Source of the DNA: Azolla caroliniana
Taxonomy: Eukaryota > Plantae > Polypodiophyta
Length of the DNA stretch: 64,000 nucleotides
Direction of reading: 5' to 3'
Assembly (NCBI GenBank): GCA_043228905.1
Contig: JBHGNT010000008.1
Span: forward strand, 10,478,001-10,542,000
Part shown: positions 51,301 to 64,000 of the stretch, in pieces
How the letters are laid out: every line of letters starts with the position of its first letter
Numbering within the stretch: position 1 is the stretch's first letter
Notes under the pieces: model-generated
The model's database searches: none
Told to the model about the DNA's origin: nothing
What the model saw: the letters and a program-made list of their open reading frames with translations, nothing else
Translations under genes and position numbers: made by a program

Positions 51301-54300
51301 AACACTAGATACATCTGAGCAAAGACGCCAAACCGGTAGCGCAACGGCGTTACCGGATGAACCCGAATTACGCAGCAAAGGTCAAAGAAGAAATCGACAA
51401 GTTGTTGAGAGTGGGCTTCATCCGACCAGTAAAGAAAGCCACATGGCTCAACCCGACAGTGGTAGTACCCAAAATGAATGGTAAGATCAGAGTGTGCGTC
51501 GACTACCGGAAATTGAATGCGGCTACGGTAACGGACGCCTTCCCACTTCCATTCACGGATGGAGTCCTGGATGCGGTCGCTGGTCATAAGGTGTACAATT
51601 TTCTAGATGGTTTCAGCGGCTATAATCAAATCCGGATGCACACCGCCTACCAGGAGAAAACCGCTTTTGTCACCGAATGGGGAGTCTTTGTTGTCGTAGT
51701 GATGATGTTTGGACTAAAAACGGCACAAGCAACCTTCCAACGGATCATCATGGAAATTTTCGGGAATTCATTCCGGCATTCATGCAGGTGTTTTTGGATG
51801 ACTTCGCTGTTTATAACCAGGAAGGGGATCACCTTCAGCACCTCCGACTATGCCTAGAAAAATGTAGGGTTTACCGACTAAGCCTGAACCTGGCAAAATG
51901 CGTGTTCGGAGTAACCAACGGAGCGTTACTGGGCCACATAGTTAGCAAGGACGGTATCGCAGTGGATCCGGACAAAGTAAAAGCAATCCTGGAGGCACCG
52001 GCACCAGCCACGGCAAAGGCACTAAGCCGGTCCTTAGGACAAATTCGGTGGCATAGCTGAATGCTCCGGTATCTGGCAGACTTGGCTACACCACTGCATG
52101 CCGCAGTACATCGGACACCGTTTCGATGGACGGACACAGAAGACCAGGCTTACCGGGCACTAAAAATACTGTTGTCACAAGCGCCGATGGTGCAACCTCT
52201 GGATTGGTCCAAAGAGTTCCATGTGTTCGTTGACGCGTCCGACATTGCAATTGGGAGCGCACTGATGCAACTGACAGAACCAAAATGGTACCGGCCAGTC
52301 TATTATGCCAACCGGAAGTTGTCCCAAGCGGAACGTAATTATTCCACGACAGAAAGGGAGGCTTTGGGAATGATCTACAATGTCACCAAGTTTAGACACT
52401 ATCTGTTGGGAAGGAAATTTTTCTTTCACGTAGATCATTCGACGCTCCTCTATTTGGTGTCCAAAGCATCACTCACCGGTAAGCTGGCCCGGTGGACGTT
52501 ACTACTGCAAGAATTCGAGTTCGAGATATTCCAGCGACCCGGCATACAACATGCGGTAGCAGACTATTTAAGCCGGCTAGATTCCAGCGAAACCGGTGAC
52601 GGAGTCCCAGACGACTTTCCGGATGCAGAGCTATTTAGGGTCACAGCAGAAACGACAACGGATAGTTCGGTCGCAGAGGAAGACAAGTGGCTCACCAATA
52701 TGCACCAATTTCTGAGCACCGGTTTACCTCCGGAGGAGATGAACAGAGACGAAAGGAAACGCTTAGCGGTTCAAAGCTGGCACTTCTGTCTATTGCAGGA
52801 CACACTGTACCACAAAGGCGCAGATGGCATATGGCGGCGTGCAGTGCGTAGTGACGAAAAGGAAGTAATATTGCGCGAAGTACACTGCGGCATGGCCGGG
52901 GGACATTATGCCGGAGACGCTACGGCAAGGAAAATATGGCAGAGTGGACTATGGTGGCCGACAACATTGAAAGATGCAGTCCGGTATGCTAAAGAATGCG
53001 ACCTATGTCAACAAATGGGCCAACCAACCGAACAAGCCAGAATGCCTCACCAGCCCATGCTATCGTTAGAACCATAGTACGTAAAATTCGTGTTCGTCAA
53101 GCTTATCATTCGTTTTCCTATGTTGGAAAACGAACACGAATGATATCAAAAAGTTCGTGTGTTTGTTTTTTCATTTTTTTTCGTTTTTTTTTATATTTTT
53201 CATGATTTTTTTCGTTTTTTCCCTCTTTTTTCCCTCTTCTTCTATGCACGTAACGTTACGCTCTCCTCTCCTCTCCCACCTAGCCTCCAACGATCTGCAC
53301 AGTGCACACTACAAACAAACCCTAAACGACTCACGACATTCAGGTATGATTATTATTTAGGTTTAATAATCGTTGTTAAAATTTCCAAAATGAAATTTCT
53401 GAAATTTCAGAGATTTCATGTCTGAAATTTCCAAAATGAAATTTCACAAATTTCTATGATGAAATTTCAGAAATTTCTAAAATTTCTGAAATTTTAGCCA
53501 TGAAATTTCACACATGAAATCTCTGAAATTTCATGGCTGAAATTTCTGAGATGATCAGCCATGAAATCTGAAATTTCAAAAATTTTAGCCATGAAATCTG
53601 AAATTTCAAAAATTTTAGCCATGAAATTTCTGAAGCCATGAAATTTCATGGCTGATCATCTCAGAAATTTCAGAAATTTCAGCCATGAAATTTCAGAGAT
53701 TTCATGTCTGAAATTTCATGGCTGAAATTTCTGAGATGATCAGACATGAAATCTCTGAAATTTCATGGCTGAGATTTCAGACATGAAATTTCAGAGATGA
53801 AATGTCTAAAATTTCTGACATGAAATCTTTGCAATTTTTCAAATTTTTTTTACCTTGAAAAAATATTTATCTTATAGTAAATAGTTTAACCAAAAGTATG
53901 GTATTTATCATTCTTCGAGGGTGTTTACCCTTCTCGAATGATTGAATCATTCTCGAACACGAATGCACGAATGGTACGCATGGTTCATACTATGGTTAGA
54001 ACCATTTCAGAAATGGGGGCTACATTTTGTCGGTCCGTTCAAACCACCGGCAATGAGAACCGGCAACCGGTACGTGATTGTCGCTACGGATTACTGCACG
54101 AAATGGGTGGAAGTGAAAGCACTACGCGACAACACCACGGCATCCACGGCAAAATTTTTATATGAATGCATCTGGTGCCGATATGGATGTCCGATAGAGC
54201 TCATAAGTGACCAAGGTGGGCACTTCTTAGGGCAAGTAGTGGAAAGTTTGACGACATTTTATGCGGTGGTGCACAAACGGAGCACTCCCTATTATCCGCA

Positions 54301-55009
54301 CGCCAATGGATTAGCAGAGTCAACAAATAAAACACTACAGAATATCCTGCGGAAAATCGTCAATGAGAACCAGACGGATTGGGATACAAAGCTGCACAAT
54401 GCACTCTGGGCCTACCAAACGGCATATAAAACAAGTATCCGGACAACACCGTTCCGCTTAGCATTCAGATTAGAAGCAGTGATGCCGGTAGAGTTCCAGG
54501 TCCCGAGTTTACGAATACAGATTCGGGAACGCCTAAATGAGAAGGAATCAGAAGCTATCCGGTTAAACGCACAGTGCGAATTGGAAGAACACCGGCTAGC
54601 CAGCATCATGCATCTAGAACTAGAGCAGCGACGAAGGAAGGCGTTCATGGATCGTCACCGAAAAGGGAACAAAAAGATGTTCGGCATCGGTAAGCCGGTA
54701 CTCGTGTTCCAGACCTGGATGGGTAAGATGTCGGGAAAGCTACGGTTTCGGTGGACTGGACCATACTGGATTACGCGAGAATTCAACGGTTCCTACCAAT
54801 TAGCGACACTCGCCGGCAAGGTTCTAGGTAAATGGGTCAACGGGTTTCGACTCAAACCATACAATGGACCCATGCCAAGAAACCCATTTGAACAAGTGAA
54901 GGGCGACACAGAACCGGACACCGGTAAGTCGGAAGCGCTGGCAAGCGGTCCAACGTCCGGCAAGGATCACAATCCGGATAGGTGTCCAGTGGGACCGGTT
55001 GCTAATTAG
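48392..55009 (+). pseudogene. Gypsy gag-pol (disrupted, split by the MITE)
   Basis: gag with CYYCRQEGHYSNQC, protease IIDGGSGVN, RT FLDDF, RNase H VDASD, integrase HHCC and ISDQG...NGLAE. Confidence 0.9.
53073..53994. mobile_element. Non-autonomous hAT-type MITE (922 bp)
   Basis: TIR CATAGTA...TACTATG; 8-bp TSD GTTAGAAC at 53065-53072 and 53995-54002; subterminal TTCGTGTTCG/CGAACACGAA; interrupts integrase at LEP|FQKWGL. Confidence 0.9.
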
Positions 55010-55417
55010 CAAAACCATTTATCAAAAAAAAAAGAAAAAAAGAAAAAAAATAAAATAAAATAGAATCAAATCAAAGTAAATCATGCAAGGGCGAGGGGTG
55101 AACGGACACATGCAAAAAGACGTAGTGAACAGGCACTTTGAAAAGGTACGTAGTGGGCTATTAATAGGGTATTAAACCGCCGCCACATGGCACACCATTC
55201 TATTTTAGTACACGACGTGCACATGCGCGGGTAATGAAAAAAAAAACAGGCACCAACATGCAACAAGAAGACCCCCGCCACATAAAAACCCTCACATTTC
55301 GCAAACAAAGGAGCACAACCGCAGACGGGCGGTTGAAGATTAGCAGACGCGAACCCACCCACACAGAGACTCCTCACACACAACCCTCACCAACGCTCAC
55401 CGACCTCGACGAAGCCA

Positions 55418-58230
55418 TGGATTGCCAAACACTCTCTGAAGCAGCCAAGAAGTGGCTAAGGCAACACGGCTTAGAGGGTTTTCTCACCATCATGGAGGCG
55501 CCACCGCACCGGGAGGCGGAGAAGATAGTCAAAGAAATCAACACGGAGCTGATTACTGAGGAAGCCATCCATGCGTTGATTGGCCTTCCGGAAAGGGGAA
55601 TCTTCACTATCGACAACCCTACCCCGGAACATCTCCAAAAATACTTTGGGGAATACTCTCTGGCAAGCAAGGCCTACCAGACATAGGGCGGCGAAGATCC
55701 TCTCTTTCGAGAGATTGCTCAAGTGCTCCATGAATTCGGACATGTATACCCTCGACCCCCCTGCATGCCCCAGAACCGGGCCGACTTAATCATAGCCACA
55801 TATGAAGGCGTGAAGGTGGACTGGGCAGTACTGATTGCGGATGGCCTCTATGCGACCATCGACTCTGTCAGAGGCAAAGAGGGTCGAAAGATATGGACGA
55901 CGGTGGCGCAATGGCTCACTCTATTGGCGCCACCTATCGAGCTCGTCAAGACCACGAAGCGGGGAAGAACAACCGAAGGCACCCCGAAAACGGCCTCTAA
56001 ATGACTGCAACTATTGGCATCGAAGGCAACCAAAGGGAAGGCGGCCGACACGGACCAGGTGGCAAAGGAGCGCGCCAACAAGAAGCGATAGGCGGAAACG
56101 TAGGAGGAGCCACCGGTGCGAACAATCAAGATCAGGCTTAGTCGACCGGTTCAAAATCAACATCGAGACTCAGGAGGAGGAAACGGAGGAGGAACCGTTA
56201 GAGCACCTCCAACAGCGCCAGAAGGCAAGCACCTCCGAACATGCCGGGGAGCGTTCGGACCCAAAGAAGGATGGAACGCTTGTACCCCGCCTTGAGCAGC
56301 CCGCACCAAGGATGGAACCGGAACCGGTTCGGACAGAACCGGCCACAGAGCCCCCTGCACAACAACCTCTACCGACGGCAAGACCCGATATGGCAAGCAC
56401 CGGATGTACAGTTGCCGACCCCACCGGCAGGCCAAGAGCATTCAGAGGCAGAGCGGCCAACAGAGCCGCAACCAGAACGGCAAAGTTGTCACCAACAAGA
56501 GCCATAGTTGCAGCTCGATGTAATTGGACAAAACCGACCACTGGCCAACGACACCAACAACCAACCCTCTGGGCATACGCAACAACAGGGCACTGGCAGC
56601 CAATGGCTCCGGTGGATTGGAGAACAAATTGCCGGAGTGGTACACTACATAGAGGTGGAAGAGAAAGCGCAAATGGACCGGTTGCTCGTCACAATCGGAG
56701 AGCTAGAGACGACCTGGTCAAGAATCCGAAGCCTAGAACAAGACTTGGACCTGGCCACAGAAGAATTGGCCAAAATGGCCTTAACTGGACCCTAGCTCCA
56801 AGCACCTGTTACCCCGGTCGATGTAACGAATAAAGAAGCACCAGCACCTGTACATAGCAATAAGACCCCGGAGACGGAAACAGTCCTAAAGATAGTGGCG
56901 GCGCAAGCAAAAGAGCTTGCTGAATTAAGAGATGAGTTGGCCACACATGAAGCATTACACACCCGAGAGTAGGACTTGAAGAAAACGGCAAAAGAAGAGC
57001 AACGAAAGACTGCTGAGAACCTCCGCCGGGCAGAAAAGAATCTACGGAAAGGACATCAGGCCTACAACCGGTTGAAGGAGGAGAAAGAAAAGGCGCTGCA
57101 AGAAAAGGAGAAGCTGCGACATGGTGGAAACAAAGATTGAAAGGCTGAAAGAAGAACTCCGTCAGCAAAAGGACCGGGAAGACCGCGCTCGCCGGCAACT
57201 CAACCAAAAGCTGAAGCAGAAAACCGATGATTTTGAGCACCTGCACCGGGACTACAAGCACCTAGATACGGAGCATAAGAAATAGTAGGAGAAGATGGCA
57301 GAGCTCCGGTAGGAGGTACATCGGGTTGAGATGGCGCTGGCGGAGGAACGGGCTGAAAGAACCACGCTGCTGGAGGAAGCCGCGCAAGAACGGATGGAGC
57401 TGCATAAGCAACATTATGAAGAGAAGGAAAGAGCGACGATGATCTTGCAAAGGCTGCAAAACACTTATCAAACCCAACTGTCACATTACCGAGAGCAGGA
57501 GGTGGATACGGTCGCACTCATCAAGCAGTTGAAGGACGAACGACAAGCCGCGGAGGACAAATCAAAGATGGGATTGGAGTGGATCCAGTTCATTGTCCAG
57601 GCATGGAGGAACAAGACCAAATGCTTGATTGACGAAAGCTCCGCACAATGGTGGGACAAATGGGCAAAGCACACAGCCGAGCTCCAGTTACTATGGGCAG
57701 ACGCGGAAACCCGGCAGAAGGATGGCGACGACTGCTACATGCTAACGAAGGAGGACTTCACTGCCGTCAGAGAGGAGTTAGCCAAAGATTTTATACCTCT
57801 GGCAGAGGAGCAGGCAGCAGTAGTCCGACAACTTGTAGCCTAGCTAGATGATGATCGATTGGATGCGCAAATCCAGTTTGAGAGCTATGAGCGGACCAGG
57901 CTACGGAGAGAAGAAGCAAAGCAAGCAGCGACCGTCAACCTCAGCGATGAGGAGCCATCACCGGAGGAAGGACCAGATGGAGACAAGGCCGAGACGAGTC
58001 AACCGGAGTCAAATCCGGCGGAGCAGCTAACGGAGGAATCACCGCCACAACCGCCGGTACCAAGAGCCGAACAGACGGCCGCTCAGGAGCAACAGTCGGA
58101 GGAGCCACATCAACAACAACCGCAACAGCAACAACAGCCACAACAGGAACAACAACAACAACAACAGAATTCCGAACAACCATTGGATACCATGGAGCAG
58201 AGTATTCTGGACATCTTGGATGAAGGCTAA
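55418..58230 (+). pseudogene. Additional sense ORF of the Gypsy element (unknown; globular N-terminus, coiled coil, poly-Q)
   Basis: Coding-like fragments MDCQTLSEAAKKWLRQHGLEGFL..., VDWAVLIADGL and a long E/K/Q-rich heptad region 56500-58230, broken by stops. Confidence 0.65.
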
Positions 58231-60540
58231 GGGCCAGATAGTGGGATTCGACGTACAAGTTATTGTCCCACGGGCGTGCCATGTGTTACCCGGCCGACAA
58301 AGGAGCAGAGACCAGAATGTGAAAGGGATGGTTATTCGGAATATATTTAATTAAGTAGATTAGATTATAATTATGTAGTGAACGGACGGGCCAGAATCGG
58401 TATGCCGATCCGGATCTGGACCAATTCCGAACAAGTGTCGGTTGGCACCATTTTGTATGCACCACCGGTGACCTATATAAAGGCTCGGTTACTATGTATA
58501 AATTTAATGGAGAATTAATATAAGCTTCTTGTTTTATCTTCACGTATTGATTACCGTTCTGAATTAATTGTTATATCTTACGTGTGTATTAAGTGTATGC
58601 CTTATTGCTAAGTAGCTAATTAAGTCGAAGTAATCGTTGTATCTTAAGTTATCTCGCCGTAACACCCTTTGGTGAAGTGTCTTCCGGAGACACCCTGTGT
58701 TAGGCCATTGTCCGGCCCTAAGGATTAACAAGGTTTTGTAGACTTACGCGTTTGACCTTTTAGAAGATCAGTAAACGGCGTCGTCAATTGGGAGTAATTA
58801 CGAAGGGATTTTCGCAAAAACCCGACAAAACCAAGGAATGATCGAACTTCTCGAATATTCCGAAGAGTGGGCCAAAGCTTGATTTTCTCGATGCGAGAAG
58901 GATCAATTTCAACTCCTCGTTCGGTTATGAGATGTCCAAGATAAGTAATTGATTTCTTGAAGAACTCACATTCTGAGATCTTTGCGTAAAACTGTTTGTC
59001 ACGCAATGTTTGTAAAACAAAGCGGACATGTTTACCATGTTCATGTAATGTACGGCTATAAACTAAAATATAATCTAAGAAAATAATGACAAATTTTCCA
59101 AGTTGTTGTCGGAAAATGTCATTCATTTCTTGTTGAAATGTAGCCGGAGCATTGGTCAAACCAAAAGGCATAACCAGAAACTCATAATGGCCATAGCGCG
59201 TACGAAATGTTGTTTTAGGAACATCGTCCTCACTTATACGAATTTGATGGTAGCCAGTACGGAGATCAAGTTTCGTAAAATACCGGGTTCCCTAGAGACG
59301 GTCAATTAGATCGTCAGCCCGGGGCAATGGATACGAATTCTTGATCGTCACTTTATTCAAGTGTCGGTAATTAATACAGATACACCATGTGCCCTCTTTC
59401 TTTTTAACTAAGAGAACTGGTGCACCCCATGGAGATTTACTATAACGTATATAACCCTTTCGTAAATAGTCCTTGAGTTGCTTTGATACCTCATCCTCTT
59501 CGGATTGACTTAAGCGATAAGGAAGTATACTTATTGGTGCAACACCAGGTACAATATCTATACGATGGTCTATATTACGTTTAGGAGGTAAGCCATCTGG
59601 TAGTTCACTTGGAAAAACATCACGAAAATCATTTAAGATTTCATCAAGTTGTTGTTGTTCAAAATATGTTAATTGAACCGAGACATTATCGATATTGTAA
59701 ACGTGAATGTCTGGATCAAGTACACAATAAAATAGAGTAGAACAAGACAACTTGGATATTGATGGACACGAGGAAACAATCAAGAGGGATTGTTTTTTTA
59801 GACATTGAATAAAATGAGTACAATCGTTCAGTACAAATGTAATTGAATGATGTTCCCCAATCAATAGACAAAGAAGAGTTTTTATTATAAAACCAGGGAT
59901 AACCCAGTATTACAGCGGTGGTACAAAGATTCATTACATGGAAGTCTACTTCCTCTATATAAGTATCAATAGAAATTCCTAATGAATGAATCACCCCGTT
60001 GATGTATTGTACTCTTCCATCAGCCAAGTGCACCGTGTAGGTGTGATCACTTACAGTGGGTTGGATTCCCCATATCTGAACCAAACGATCATTCACAAAG
60101 TTGTGTGAGCTTCCCAAATCAAATAAAAATTGTACGGAAGATCCATTGATATACCCATTTGCATGTAGTAAATCATTGGGACCCAATACATAGTGAGGGA
60201 AAGAACATTGACAATTACTTAAATGATGTGTATAGACCTAAAGGACATTAGGAATCTGACCTTTATGGTCTACAACTTTAGCTTTGTTGTCATGCTCCTT
60301 CCGTTGGAGCTTTCGACATTGCTCTTTTGTATGACCCTCCTTTTTGTAGAATACGCAAAAAGGATGTTGTCGCTTACAATCGCGATCCATGAATTCGTTG
60401 GGTGTCTTACGTTTCCCAACGAATTGCGATTGCTTAGTCCCGGGCGCTTCGTTGGGTTTATTGTTGTCATGAAGACAACATTTTGGTTATCAAGAATCGA
60501 ACCCAGGACTTCTTGGTCCATGTGTTGAACCTTTAACCAT

Positions 60541-60815
60541 TGTAATAACATATATATTGTGTGATTATAATTATGTTTCTAGTTATTACAAGATATTAGA
60601 ATATTCTAGAACATCCTAGATTATTCTAGAACATCCTTTAATATTTCATGATTATATTTCTTATCATAAAATCTAAAATATTCTAGAATAAGGACCTATA
60701 CATAACTGTCTATACATTCGTTTCAACTTATTCGGTTCAACACCAGTCTTTAGCCCTTAGCCTACTCATTGTAATCTTGTTTCATCATAATATAATCTCA
60801 TTTCTATTTCAAGTC

Positions 60816-60876
<61 letters not shown>

Positions 60877-60935
60877 CCTCTCTCTTTCGCTCTCCCTCTC
60901 CCTCTCCCTCTATCTTCTACCCACAAGTCTCGACA
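60541..60935 (+). mobile_element. Probable solo LTR inserted in gag of the minus-strand Gypsy
   Basis: TGTAA...CGACA termini; TTCTAGAA repeats like the 7006 LTR; (CT)n(CA)n tract; ATTGT on both sides, but the TSD overlaps the left end. Confidence 0.6.
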
Positions 60936-61298
60936 ATTGTGGTCCTTCGAAGTGCGTTGATAACGAAGAACTATTTCAATGGCCTCTTCGAAGGATTTTG
61001 GATCCTTATCGTGCATTATCCAGTGATAGTTCGAATTGGGGATGCCATTGACAAAACAAGCTATTAACCAGTTGTCCCCTTCTAGACCCAATTTTTGGAT
61101 TTGGGTTCTAGCATGGTGGACATAGTCTTCTAGCGAGGAAAACCTCCTACTAGAGAGGTTCATTAAAGCTTGTGTTGCCTCAGTTCGAGAGGGAGGTTGC
61201 AAAAATTGACCCTTGAAAACTGTGACAAAATCTGTCCAGGTATCGAGCAATTTCCCCAAAGTACGGAGCCCACGCCACCAGGCGGCGGCCTTACCCCC

Positions 61299-64000
61299 TA
61301 GTTCTCGGCCGAGATATGCAATCTTCGTACTATCTGGTGTGGGATAGAGCTCAAAATGAGACTCCCATCGGCCCAGCCATGTGCAGATTGCTTCTTCAGT
61401 TCTTTCCTTTTTGTCTCCCGTAAATAGCTTAACGAAAAACGATGGTTCACCCTGTTGCTCATCAGGTCTATTAGTCTCACGTTGTAGACTAATGACACGT
61501 TGTCGTGGAGAAAACCGTCCCTAGGCGAAAACCGAGTATAACGTGCGTAAACCGGCCCATACACGTGGGCACAAGTTTTGTTGTGTAGTACGTAGGTAGG
61601 TACAAGTCGCCTGAGGCAAAATCCTAGGTAGTAAGCGTTCGGTAGGGAGGAAATCGAGGTGTATCCCTGTCCGAAAGGATAGGGAATAAACATGATGTAA
61701 CGAGTGGTAACGGCCTCCTTCCTTGGGTTATAAAAGAGAGGGAGAAGTGAGACCAAAGGTATCGCGTTTTGGGGAGGACGAAGTGCTGCCGGACTAGAAC
61801 CGAGCGCTTCTCCTCTCCTCTATCGTCTCCATAATTGTTCTGTGCAGGTTTCGGGAGGCTGACTCTGTTCTACGGGACGCCCGAGTGCTCCCAGTAGAGC
61901 CTCCATCTCGCGTCCTGTGTGTGTGTGTGTGCGTACGCGTCAGAGCCTATCACTCGCCGGCTTGCCGGTTGTAACACCTTGATTTATATATACACAAACA
62001 TTCGTTCTGTCTCCATCTGGTGTTCTATAGCTAATTACAATTCCTATGATTCTGTGGGTTTGTGCGCGTGTGAATTACATCGTAAGAGTCCTTCCCCTCC
62101 CTTCATTCGGTTATTTCTCGGTCCTAGGCCCCGGTGGTCCCGCCTTGTTCTCCACGCACGTGCGTAAAAACGCGACATATTTGGTGAACCCGACGTGAAC
62201 AGGCAATAGAGGAATAGAAAGATGAGAGGGTCGGATCTTGCAGAAGCCATGGCTTCGGCTGTGGATCGGATAGTGAGTGCGCGCGAAGGTACAGGCGCCC
62301 TCGATAGGGCTATTGAAGCAGTCATTGGCACGATAGGCCGGTTCGGTGGGAAGGACTCCACGAGCTATTTGGAGGCCTACCGAGCCGAAATGGTAATGAG
62401 GAACATCCCGGAGGACAGGCGACTGGCCTGATTCCCTCAGGTGGCGATGCCGGGCATCAACGCGAAGGTGCTTGAGGTACGGGCTGAGAGTCGGACCTGG
62501 GAAGAGTTTGAAGGTCGGCTCCTTGAAAAATACGGGCTTGATGACGCGCTTCGGTTGTCGAAGCGGGACTTCATGGAATGGGTGGAGACCCCCGAAAAGG
62601 GGAGGAACGCGTTGGTGCTCCTTCGGGAGTTTGAAGAACGCTTCGCACGACTTTCGGTGGTGGACCGGACCGTGTTGGACACGAGTCGTGTCCTATTGTT
62701 CATTAAATTGGTGGACACAAGGGACCAAGAGCAAGTGGGCTTCCTACTGGAGACCGATGACGACCTAACAACCGACTGGGCCGTGGTAAAGAGAGTTTGC
62801 GGCTGTTTTGACAAACGGCGTGAGTGGGTCGATAAAGGCTTGACGGGGGCGGGTTCTGTTGCAACAAGGTCAAGGTACCCCCATCGGCGCGAAGGGAAGA
62901 GACCCGAGATTGGCTCGACTTCGACCGACATGGTCAAAAGCTCATCCGAAGGAGCGGCTCTAGAGGAGCTGACTCAGATGGTGAGGGACCTTCAGATCGC
63001 ACAAGCATAGAGGGACGGCAACAAACAAATCCGTGACCGAAGGCCTCCGGCTGGGAACCGGTGTTTGTGGTGCGACGCGGTCGGCCACGCTTGAAAGGAC
63101 TACGGGGACTTCGCCAAAGCGATAAGATCTAACGTGGTGTACCTATGGAACGGTCGGGTGCACGCTAGCGAGACCCGGAGGGCCCTGGATCTGAATGTCG
63201 GATGAGGGGGTATCAAACGGCTGATGGAAGAAGCGGTGGCTCGTCATGCGAAGACCATCCATTACTTGGCGTCGGCTAGAATCCAGGTCGGAAGCGATGA
63301 AGACTGGAAGACGAAAGAAGCTGGATTCTGGCCGGCGATGCTGGAAGGCCTAGCCGGCATAAGGCTGAAGAAAGAGGAAGCGAACCGTGCGGAAAGATGG
63401 GTCCGGGAGGTAACCGGGTGGAGTGACCCGGTCGAGGAGAACACGGGCTTTGTGGAAGCCGTGTGCCAGAACTACGAGGTTCTAGTGGAAGACAAGCGAG
63501 CAGGAAGGACCGAGGGGGCCGGATCCTCACAATGGTATGAGACCCGGTTCGGGCCGAAGCAGAGTGGTGTCGGTGCATCCGGCGCACCGGACAAGGCCAA
63601 GAAGGCCGGTTATCGGTTGAGAAAGGAGATCGAAAGGACCACGGACCTACGAAAGGTCTTGGAGGAACGGATCCTCGACAGCAAAGTGGAGTTGTCCCTG
63701 AGGGAAGTGCTCGATGTCGCCAAGAAGGAGTTCCACGACTCCATCGTAGACTTGGTGAAGCGGAAAAGGCTTTCAACGGAGCCAGAGCCGGAGAAGCCGA
63801 TGGAGGTGCGAACAACGCACCTAGAAGACATGGCCCTGGCGAACGAGTTGGCGGAAAGCCACTAATCGAGGATACCTTGGGCTAGGGCCACTATGGAAAC
63901 CCATGTTTGGATCGGGGACGTCCATGAGCCGGTGGTGGCATTGGTAGACCACGGTCCGGAGATCAACTTGATGTTCATGGACTTCTACAGGAAGGGAAAG
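61299..64000 (+). mobile_element. Gypsy LTR retrotransposon 5' part (LTR ~61299-62177, tRNA-Trp PBS, gag, protease); continues beyond the window
   Basis: LTR ends CGACA at 62177; PBS TGGTGAACCCGACGTGAA at 62182-62199; gag from 62222 (FGGKDSTSYLEAY; CLWCDAVGH); protease ALVDHGPEINLM near 63940. Confidence 0.85.

Larger units (their letters stand above)
47837..58730 (+). mobile_element. Full-length non-chromovirus Gypsy (Athila/Tat-related) with extra 3' ORF region, TSD AGGTT
   Basis: 447-bp LTRs at 47837-48283 and 58284-58730; TSD AGGTT at 47832-47836 and 58731-58735; PBS TGGCGACCAC at about 48291. Confidence 0.95.
45288..61298 (-). mobile_element. Degenerate Gypsy chromovirus hosting nested insertions
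   Basis: gag (GKAAAWW, ~61298-60940), protease (FLFDLGSSHNF), RT (58731-59600), RNase H, integrase (WESISMDFI, PQSDGQTER), chromodomain-like 45900-46020; PPT 45837-45848; 3' LTR about 45288-45834. Confidence 0.85.

Overview
TE-dense plant genomic DNA, probably from a non-seed vascular plant such as a fern (inferred from a Tcn1-like chromovirus, a Sola-like transposase and a tRNA-Trp-primed Gypsy). One clear host gene is present: a 3-exon secreted CLE/TDIF-like (H-type) peptide precursor at 22621-23626, with the variant motif HAVPKGPNPISN and a poly-Pro tail. The rest is nested mobile DNA. DNA transposons: a Sola-like (DUF7869-type) transposase with a possible BAH/Tudor-like C-terminus, a hAT-type MITE, and an unclassified 8.4-kb TIR element (CCCCGGGG-type ends, 5-bp TSD CAATT) carrying a decayed spliced zinc-finger/P-like HTH gene. 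LTR retrotransposons: several Copia and Gypsy elements with resolvable LTRs, PBS and TSDs. Tandem repeats include a 9 x 379-bp satellite derived from a solo-LTR/host-LTR junction, with a 758-bp higher-order repeat. There is one 100-N gap. All family assignments are by motif recognition only; no searches were run.
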